This document shows positions 57,277 to 64,000 of a stretch of DNA of 64,000 nt, one piece after another. The DNA is from Pseudomonadota bacterium. Its GTDB lineage: Archaea > Thermoplasmatota > SW-10-69-26 > JACQPN01 > JAJPHT01. Numbering within the stretch: position 1 is the first letter of the stretch; each line of letters begins with the position of its first letter. The position numbers were made by a program, and so were the translations under genes. Under the pieces are notes generated by a model. It saw only the letters and a program-made list of their open reading frames with translations, did not search any database and was not told the DNA's origin. Where the stretch lies: NCBI GenBank assembly GCA_021325135.1, contig JAJPHT010000022.1:1-64000 (forward strand), written 5' to 3'.

Positions 57277-59142
57277 TCAGTCCGCGGCGCCGCCCGCGCC
57301 CACCAGGGCCGGCAGCCAGAGCGGGTTGTCCCAGCGCGAGACCTCGAAGGGGCGCTGCACGATGGGGAGCGTGAGCGTCGTGGCCTTGTCGCCGTACTGC
57401 ACGTCCACGGGCGCGGTCTGCGCGCTGGGGAGCACGTCGCTGCCGGCCATCTCCTGGGTGAGGACGAGCTTGAGCTTGGAGCCGGCGAGGAGGCGCGCGT
57501 CGAGAGGATAGAACTCCATCTTCGCGACGAGGGGCTGGCCGGGCGTCACGGGCTGCGGGTCCATGCCTCCGGCGGCGTAGCGCAGGTCCATCTGCGCGCG
57601 GCCGATCCAGATGTCGCTTCCGTTGGCGAGGACCTCGTGCAGCTCGGCCCACAGGAGGCCGCCGCCGCTGCGGGGGACGACGGTGACGTGGAACGTGGGC
57701 AGGCCCGCGATGCGCGTCTCGTTGGCGAAGGGCGCGGTGGTGAACGAGAGCAGCGTCTTCGCCGCAGCTTCAGGGACCTGGGCGGGGAGCGCGCCCTCGG
57801 CCATGGGCGCGTAGAGCGTGTCGGTGCCCTCCTGGGCGCCCTTCTCCACGAGCTTGCCCGAGGCGTCGGGGTGCAGGGCGAGGGGCGTCGCGTCCAGGGG
57901 CGGATAGGCGTTCACCGGCTCGGCGCGCCAGTTGCCGTGCGTGTCCTCCACCTGCACGGCGGGGCCTGTGTCGGTCTTGGCGCCCTTCAATTCCTGGTCG
58001 AACCAGCGCAGCAGCATTTCGGCCCAATCCATGCGGACGTCGGGGTGCTCGCTGGCGCGGTCGGCGTGGACGTGCGCCCACTCGCCGATGAGCGCCTTCT
58101 TCGGGCCGGGGAACTGGTTGTAGATATCAAGCCCCTGCGAGGGCTTCACGTTCCAGTCCTGGAAGCCGTGGATGTAGAAGAGCGAGCCGTGGAAGCTCTT
58201 CAGCGCGCGCTCGCGGTAGTCGCGGTCCTGCCAGTATTGCGCCTGCGGGCCCATGTCGGCGGGCGTGCCGCTCTGGCCGCCGCCGGTGAGGTAGCCGAAG
58301 GCGCCTTCGGGCGCGTGGAAGGGGCCGCTGAAGGGGGAGGGGCACGCGACGCGCGCCGCGGTCTGCGGGTCGTCGGGCGAAGCCCCGGGCCCGCCCTGCG
58401 TCGCGCCGTACGAGTAATATTCCTCGCCCAGGATGAGGCTCCGCGTCTCCGCGCTGCCGTTGCGGAAGTGGAGCTGCTGCATGGAGTCGATGCCCTCGAT
58501 GGGCACGATGGTCTTGAGGTACTTGTTGCCGGTGGTGGCGGCCTCCCACGCGGTCGTGCCGTCGTAGGACTTGCCGATGACGCCCACCGCGCCGCTGCTC
58601 CAGGGCTGCGTGCCCAGGTAGGTGAGCATGGCGTCGATGTCCTTCTGCTCGGTGGCGCCCAGGTAGTCGTTGCAGCCCTCCGACTGGCCCGTGCCGCGCA
58701 CGCTGGCCTGCACGACGGCGTAGCCGTGGGGGACAAGGTTGTCGATGAGGAACTTGCCCAGGCGCACGTGCGCGGGCGTGCCCACGTCGTCGTCAAGCTC
58801 GCCGTAGTAGGGCCCCACGTCCACCAGCACCGGGACCTTCGTGCCGTTGGGCACGTCGGGGAGGTAGATGCCCAGCGCGAGCTTCACGCCGTCGAAGCTG
58901 GGCATGAGGACGACCTTCGCGGGGAGCGCATGGTAGGGCCCCGTCTCCACGGGGCGGCTCCAGTCGAGGGGCTTGCCGTCGGTCCCGTTGACCTCGAACG
59001 CGCTGGCCGCCGGGAAGGGGAGCCCCGCCGTGGAGGCCGGCGTCGCCCCCAGGGGCGCGTCCGTCGTCGCGCCGGGGGAGAAGCACCCCGCGAGGCCGGG
59101 CGCGAGGAGGGCGAGGGCAGCGAGGGCGAGGACGGGCCGCAT
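57277..59142 (-). CDS. CocE/NonD (S15 Xaa-Pro dipeptidyl peptidase-like) lipoprotein
   Basis: LAGC lipobox, VRGTGQSEG, GKSYDG nucleophile, HGFQDWNV. Confidence 0.88.
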   Translation of the reverse strand: MRPVLALAALALLAPGLAGCFSPGATTDAPLGATPASTAGLPFPAASAFEVNGTDGKPLDWSRPVETGPYHALPAKVVLMPSFDGVKLALGIYLPDVPNGTKVPVLVDVGPYYGELDDDVGTPAHVRLGKFLIDNLVPHGYAVVQASVRGTGQSEGCNDYLGATEQKDIDAMLTYLGTQPWSSGAVGVIGKSYDGTTAWEAATTGNKYLKTIVPIEGIDSMQQLHFRNGSAETRSLILGEEYYSYGATQGGPGASPDDPQTAARVACPSPFSGPFHAPEGAFGYLTGGGQSGTPADMGPQAQYWQDRDYRERALKSFHGSLFYIHGFQDWNVKPSQGLDIYNQFPGPKKALIGEWAHVHADRASEHPDVRMDWAEMLLRWFDQELKGAKTDTGPAVQVEDTHGNWRAEPVNAYPPLDATPLALHPDASGKLVEKGAQEGTDTLYAPMAEGALPAQVPEAAAKTLLSFTTAPFANETRIAGLPTFHVTVVPRSGGGLLWAELHEVLANGSDIWIGRAQMDLRYAAGGMDPQPVTPGQPLVAKMEFYPLDARLLAGSKLKLVLTQEMAGSDVLPSAQTAPVDVQYGDKATTLTLPIVQRPFEVSRWDNPLWLPALVGAGGAAD

Positions 59143-59267
59143 CGCCCGGGACCCCTCGGCGCGGAGGCATCAGCCTTGTGGTGGTGGAGGTGGGCGATGC
59201 CGCGCCCCTGTAGTTTCGCCCCTCCCCGTGGCGCCGGGAGAAGCCTCCACGCCCCTGAGGGGCGCCC

Positions 59268-59387
59268 ATGGCCTCGCTCGCCCCCGCGGCGCCCGTCCCG
59301 TGGTCCTGTCCTGATTGCCAGCGCCCCCTCGTCGCCACGGGCGGCTGCGCCTTCTGCCCCGCGTGCGGGTACTCGCCCTGTGGCTGA
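59268..59387 (+). CDS. 39-aa zinc-ribbon microprotein
   Basis: MASLAPAAPVPWSCPDCQRPLVATGGCAFCPACGYSPCG. Confidence 0.65.
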   Translation: MASLAPAAPVPWSCPDCQRPLVATGGCAFCPACGYSPCG

Positions 59388-59464
59388 GGGCGGGCAGCAC
59401 TTTCAGGCCCCCCTGGCCCGGGGCCGCTTGAGGCGAGCAGGCCTCGCTTCCTCTGGAGATTGGC

Positions 59465-59728
59465 ATGTTCTGCGCCCTGTGCGGCCAGCACGCGCGCCAC
59501 CCCAAGAGCCCCGTGCCGGAGCTGCGCCGGAAGGAATGCCCCCGCTTCCCCGACGGCGTGATCCATCGCGGCTGCTGCGCGGGGGAGGTGTGCTCGTTCC
59601 TCGACCGTCGCGGCCACGTGCGCTGCGGCTGGGAGACGGGCGGCAAGGAGAGGCTGGAGGTGGCTCAGCGCCTCCGTGCGGCGATCCAGGCCGCCTCGGG
59701 AGAGCCCGAGGCCGACCAGCATTCGTGA
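59465..59728 (+). CDS. Small Cys/His-rich putative metal-binding protein
   Basis: CALC...C...H..CC...C...C; SD-like GGAG upstream. Confidence 0.55.
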   Translation: MFCALCGQHARHPKSPVPELRRKECPRFPDGVIHRGCCAGEVCSFLDRRGHVRCGWETGGKERLEVAQRLRAAIQAASGEPEADQHS

Positions 59729-59888
59729 AGCCATCCACGTCGGACTTCCGCGCAAGGATGACGATCGCCTCGCTCCGTCGGCGCGCCGCTTTTGCATCCG
59801 TGTGGGTCCTCCTGCTGCCGATGCGAAGGGGGGAGTCCATGCTCGCGGACCCCGGGTGAGCCATCGCACCGCTGGAGCTTCGTCGTAG

Positions 59889-59916
59889 CCGGGGGAGGAC
59901 CCCCAGACCCCCCTTC
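59889..59916 (-). repeat. Family-A REP-like unit (divergent)
   Basis: Minus strand reads AAGGGGGGTCTGGGGGTCCTCCCCCGG. Confidence 0.5.
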
Positions 59917-59972
59917 GGAGGATGGCTCGGGGGTGGCGGCATCGCTTTCTGCCGGAGGCCAGATGGCCCCTC

Positions 59973-61106
59973 GTGCGAGCCTTCGTCGCGATCCTCCTGC
60001 TGGTCCTGGCCCCCGCGCTGGAGGGATGCGCGTCGCCCCCGACGACCCCCGCTTCGGCGCCCACGGCGCCCTCCGCGCTGCCTCTCCCCACGCACGTCGG
60101 CCACGTCTTCCTCATCGTGCTGGAGAACGAGGGGTACGACACGACGTTCGGGTCCTCGCCCCCGGCGCCCTACCTGGGGGCGACGCTCCCCTCCCAGGGG
60201 CGCCTCCTCACCCAGTACTTCGCCATCGGGCACTCCAGCCTGGACAACTACGTCGCCATGGTCAGCGGCCAGGCGCCCAACCCGCAGACGCAGAACGACT
60301 GCCTCGTCTACGCGGACTTCCACGAGGCGACGACGCTGGACGGGCAGGCCGTGGGGCAGGGCTGCGTCTACCCCGCGCACGTGAAGACCATCGGCGACCA
60401 GCTCGCCGCGAAGGGGCTCTCGTGGAGGATGTACGCGGAGGACATGAACGCCTCCGCGCCTGGCGTGCCCGGCGCGTGCCGCCACCCCGCCCTCGGCTCG
60501 CGCGACCCCTGGGAGGGCGCCTCGTCCGCGAAGGACCAGTACGCGACGAAGCACGTCCCCTTCGTCTACTTCCACAGCGTGATCGACGACGAGGCCTCCT
60601 GCAAGGCGCGCGTGGTCGACCTCAACCTCCTCTCCGACGACCTCAATGACTCTGCGCGCACGCCCGCCTTCTCCTTCATCTCGCCCAACCTGTGCGACGA
60701 CGGCCACGACGCGCCCTGCGCCAGCGGCGCGCCGGGCGGCTACAAGTCCATCGACGCGTTCCTCCAGGCCTGGGTCCCGCGCATCGTGAACTCCACCGCA
60801 TACCAGAAGGACGGCCTCCTCATCGTCACGTTCGACGAGTCCGACGGCGAGGACGACAGCACGGCGTGCTGCAACGAGCCCGCGGGCTACAACACGCTCC
60901 AGCCCGGCCTCACGGGGCCCGGAGGCGGCCACGTGGGCGCCGTCCTCCTCTCGCGCTGCCTCGCGGCGGGCACGAAGGACGACACGCCCTACAACCACTA
61001 CTCGCTCCTGCGCACGCTGGAGGACGACTTCGGCGTGGACCACCTGGGCTACGCGGGGCAGGGCGGGCTCAAGGACCTGGACCTGGGCGCGTGCGCGCTG
61101 CGTTAG
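59973..61106 (+). CDS. Phosphoesterase (acid phosphatase/PLC family) lipoprotein
   Basis: LEGC lipobox, HVFLIVLEN, SLDNY, KHVPF, DDGHD, TFDE, YNHYSLLRT. Confidence 0.88.
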   Translation: MRAFVAILLLVLAPALEGCASPPTTPASAPTAPSALPLPTHVGHVFLIVLENEGYDTTFGSSPPAPYLGATLPSQGRLLTQYFAIGHSSLDNYVAMVSGQAPNPQTQNDCLVYADFHEATTLDGQAVGQGCVYPAHVKTIGDQLAAKGLSWRMYAEDMNASAPGVPGACRHPALGSRDPWEGASSAKDQYATKHVPFVYFHSVIDDEASCKARVVDLNLLSDDLNDSARTPAFSFISPNLCDDGHDAPCASGAPGGYKSIDAFLQAWVPRIVNSTAYQKDGLLIVTFDESDGEDDSTACCNEPAGYNTLQPGLTGPGGGHVGAVLLSRCLAAGTKDDTPYNHYSLLRTLEDDFGVDHLGYAGQGGLKDLDLGACALR

Positions 61107-61327
61107 GCCAGCAGCGCCGCGGCGTCCGCGAAGGGGCAGGAGACGCAGACGCGGTGGTTGTCCACGATGGTCTCGAAGCCGGGGCGCCCGTCGAGGCAGT
61201 GGGAGCAGACCGGCGTGTCCTGCGCGGGCCCCGCGAGGGAGAGGACGCGCTCGGCGTGGCAGGAGGGGTCGCTGGCGGAGGACAGGGGGACGAGGGCGGC
61301 GAGAAGGCAGAGGGCGACAAGGAGCAT
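61103..61327 (-). CDS. Small secreted protein with two CxxC motifs
   Basis: Signal peptide, CSHC and CVSC; 74 aa. Confidence 0.55.
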   Translation of the reverse strand: MLLVALCLLAALVPLSSASDPSCHAERVLSLAGPAQDTPVCSHCLDGRPGFETIVDNHRVCVSCPFADAAALLA

Positions 61328-61428
61328 GGTTCTCAAAGGGGTTCCCCGGGCCTGGAGCGGACTGGCGCAGAAAATAACAGACGACCGTGCAGCCGGCCTT
61401 CTGCGGGCGCGGCCTTGGGGGCGGGGTG

Positions 61429-62166
61429 TCACGGCGCGCGCGCCGGCAGCCGCGGCTTGGGGCTCGTGGGCCGGAACCGCAGGCGCAGGAGCGTCTGGAG
61501 GAAGCGCACGAACTCCGAGGGGCCCAGCTTGGACTTGCCCACGGTGCGGTTCTCGAACGTGATGGGCACCTCGACGATGCGCAGGCCCGCGCGGCGCGCG
61601 AGGTGCAGCGCCTCCACCTGGAACGCGTAGCCGTCGCTCTGCGCGAGCTGCACGACGCCCGCCGCGCCGCGCACGTAGGCGCGGTAGCCGCTGGTGGCGT
61701 CGCCCACGGGGAGGCCCAGCAGCATGCGCGCGAGGAGGTTGCCCACGCCGCTGACGAGCTTGCGGTACCAGTTCCAGCCCACGATGCGCCCCTGCGGCGT
61801 GTAGCGCGAGCCCACCGCGACGTCGGCGCCGCTCTCCACGGCCTCGATGAGCGCGGGAAGATAGCGCGGGTCGTGGGAGAGGTCGGCGTCCATCTCGAAG
61901 ACGACGTCCCCCTTCGCCGCCGCGAAGCCGTCGCGGTACGCGCTGCCCAGGCCGCTCTTGGCGGGGCGCTGGATCACGCGGATCGGGTGCTTGGCCGCCA
62001 GGTCCCGGGCAAGGTCCGCCGTGCCGTCAGGGCTCGAGTCGTCCACGACCACGATCTCGTAGTCGATGGGCATGTGCTCGGCGATGGCCGCGACAAGGCG
62101 AGGCAGGTTCTGCCGCTCGTTGTAGGTCGGCACCACGATGCTCGCGTGACGCGCCCGGCGATCCAT
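61429..62166 (-). CDS. GT2 dolichol/polyprenol-phosphate mannose synthase-like glycosyltransferase
   Basis: VVPTYNE, VDDSSPDGT, MDADLSH, GSRY, DATSGYRAY, GKSK. Confidence 0.9.
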   Translation of the reverse strand: MDRRARHASIVVPTYNERQNLPRLVAAIAEHMPIDYEIVVVDDSSPDGTADLARDLAAKHPIRVIQRPAKSGLGSAYRDGFAAAKGDVVFEMDADLSHDPRYLPALIEAVESGADVAVGSRYTPQGRIVGWNWYRKLVSGVGNLLARMLLGLPVGDATSGYRAYVRGAAGVVQLAQSDGYAFQVEALHLARRAGLRIVEVPITFENRTVGKSKLGPSEFVRFLQTLLRLRFRPTSPKPRLPARAP

Positions 62167-62310
62167 GCGCCCGCGGCTCGCTGCTGCGAGAAAATCGCCT
62201 GTGGTACACCCGTGGAAGGCGTCCGGCTGACCGGCTGGAGGCCGCTTCCCCGCTTCGGCCCGCGCCCTCTGTACCAGAAACCACTCCAACCACGCGGCCG
62301 ACGCGCGCGC

Positions 62311-63336
62311 ATGGCCTCGTCCAGGCTCAAGGCTGCCCTCCTTCTCGGTCTCGGCCTGGCGCTCCTCGCCGCCATGGTCCTCTGGGTGGGGCCCTCCAAG
62401 GTGCTCCTCGCCCTCTCGCGCGCCTCGCCGGTCTACCTCGCGCTGGCGTTGGCCGCCTACGCGACGTTCTTCGTGCTGCGCGGCTGGCGCTGGAAGACGC
62501 TCTTCGCCCAGAGCGCGCCCGAGGTGCGCATGCGCTCGACGACGGGCATCACCGCCGTGGGCTGGCTCGCCAACAGCATCCTGCCCCTCAAGGGCGGCGA
62601 CGTGCTGCGCGCGGCCCTCCTGGCGAAGAAGGAGAAGGTGGGCCTCGGGCCCGCCGCCAGCACCGTCGCCCTGGAGCGCGTGCTGGACATGCTGGGCCTC
62701 GCCATCGTCGCCGCCGTGGGGCTCCTCCTCGTGCCCGACGACGGCGCGCTGCCCCGCGGCATCGCCCGCGCGCTGGAGATCGCGTGGATCCTCCCCATCG
62801 CGGGCCTCGTCATCCTCGCCGTCCTGGTCGTCATGCGCGACCGCGTGATCGCGCTGGCCACGCGCACCGTGGGCCAGTGGGGGCCCTTCGGCGTCCGCCT
62901 GGTGGAGTACCTCGCGACGACGCTCGCGGGCCTCGCCGCCCTGGCCAAGCGCCCGCGCCTGCTGCTTGCCCTCGTGCCGCAGAGCGTCGTCGTCGCCATC
63001 GCGCAGGCGGCCGTGTTCGCCTTCCTCGTGGAGGCGTTCCTGCCTGGCACGCCGCTTCTGCTGGCCTTCGGCGGCGCGAGCCTCTTCCTGCTCTCGTTCG
63101 TCGTGAGCATCACGCCGGGCAACGTGGGCACCTACGAGGCGGCCTTCGTCGCCGTCTACGCCGCGCTGGGCCTCCCCACGGCCCTCGTCGTCCCCGCGGC
63201 CATCCTCACGCACCTCACGACCACCATGATCGTCGCCCTGCTGGGAAGCCTCGGGCTCCTCTCGCTGGGCGTCGGGAGCAAGGGATTCTCGTGGCTTCCC
63301 GCGCGCCTCTCGCGCCCCAGGAGTGAGACGCCGTGA
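62311..63336 (+). CDS. Lysylphosphatidylglycerol-synthase-TM (UPF0104) flippase-like membrane protein
   Basis: RGWRW, N.ILP..GGD..R, ERVLD, TPGNVGTYEA. Confidence 0.85.
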   Translation: MASSRLKAALLLGLGLALLAAMVLWVGPSKVLLALSRASPVYLALALAAYATFFVLRGWRWKTLFAQSAPEVRMRSTTGITAVGWLANSILPLKGGDVLRAALLAKKEKVGLGPAASTVALERVLDMLGLAIVAAVGLLLVPDDGALPRGIARALEIAWILPIAGLVILAVLVVMRDRVIALATRTVGQWGPFGVRLVEYLATTLAGLAALAKRPRLLLALVPQSVVVAIAQAAVFAFLVEAFLPGTPLLLAFGGASLFLLSFVVSITPGNVGTYEAAFVAVYAALGLPTALVVPAAILTHLTTTMIVALLGSLGLLSLGVGSKGFSWLPARLSRPRSETP

Positions 63337-64000
63337 AGGCCGCCATGACGTACCCCACCTACGTCCACGACCTCGTCGAGGGCGTCAGCAAGAACGTGCA
63401 CCACCTCCGCGAGGCGCTCAACGAGCGGGGCGTCGACGCCGTGGACGACTCGCCCCGCGTCGACGTCGCCGACATGAACAGCAAGATCGTGTACGTGAAG
63501 CAGGGCGTCCGCGCCTACAAGCGCGTGCGCGCCGCGCTGGAGGACCCCAGCGTGGACGTCGTCCACTACCACGTCTCCATCCCCGGCATGGCCGTGTGGG
63601 CGGCGCTGGCCCGCGCGCGCAGCCGCAGCCGCACGCCCATGGTGCTCCACCTCTGGAACCCGTGGTTCGACGCCAACGACATCCACGTCGACGCGGGCCG
63701 CGACGCGAGCTATCACCGCCTCTTCAACGGCGCGTTCACCGCGACGCCGTGGCTCGCCAGCTTCGATGGCATCGTCGTCTCCAGCGACTACCAGCGCCGC
63801 CAGCTCGCGGCCCGGGGCATCCCGCGCGTGAGCGTCATCCCCAACGGCGTGGACCTCGACGCGTACCCGCCGGCCCCGGCCGACTCGACGCGCCGCAACG
63901 CCCGCCGCGAGCTTGGCCTCCCCGTCGACCGCACGCTCCTTCTCTACTACGGCCACCTGACGCCGTGGAAGGGCGTGCGCGTGCTCGTCGACGCGCTGCC
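63333..64000 (+). CDS. GT4 glycosyltransferase (3'-truncated)
   Basis: DVVHYH, VIPNGVD, LLYYGHLTPWKG. Confidence 0.85.
   Translation, partial: MKAAMTYPTYVHDLVEGVSKNVHHLREALNERGVDAVDDSPRVDVADMNSKIVYVKQGVRAYKRVRAALEDPSVDVVHYHVSIPGMAVWAALARARSRSRTPMVLHLWNPWFDANDIHVDAGRDASYHRLFNGAFTATPWLASFDGIVVSSDYQRRQLAARGIPRVSVIPNGVDLDAYPPAPADSTRRNARRELGLPVDRTLLLYYGHLTPWKGVRVLVDAL

Overview
GC-rich (roughly 70% by eye) archaeal chromosomal window, most likely Thermoplasmatota: it has an exosome, PAN, Topo VI, a DUF6015-like protein and PGF-CTERM-type surface proteins. From left to right it contains: (1) the exosome superoperon (rrp4-rrp41-rrp42, rpl37ae-rpoP-pcc1, pfdB), interrupted by a secreted S1 protease and by an EarA-like regulator with a phased palindrome; (2) a 10 kb three-gene operon of large surface proteins; (3) a beta-CASP nuclease, a copper export locus, an ALDH and Lhr-MPE-PAC2; (4) a bacterial-looking ArsR/SRPBCC/MFS block ending at tRNA-Asn; (5) LEA/holin-like genes and UvrD+SLATT, then tRNA-Leu; (6) a surface locus with a divergent A24 peptidase, two type IV pilins, an S-layer-like glycoprotein and a second EarA-like regulator; (7) srp19, rps8e, Sm, map, a degenerate TsaC, aMBF1, pan, top6BA and amt; (8) lipoprotein hydrolases and glycosyltransferases. 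The most unusual items are a ~270-aa charge-patterned disordered tail on Rrp4, a candidate structured anti-Shine-Dalgarno RNA next to the Sm gene, the pilin/peptidase/S-layer/EarA locus, a TsaC that has lost its ligand-binding motifs, and two dispersed palindromic repeat families. All family assignments are from motif recognition by eye; no searches were run.
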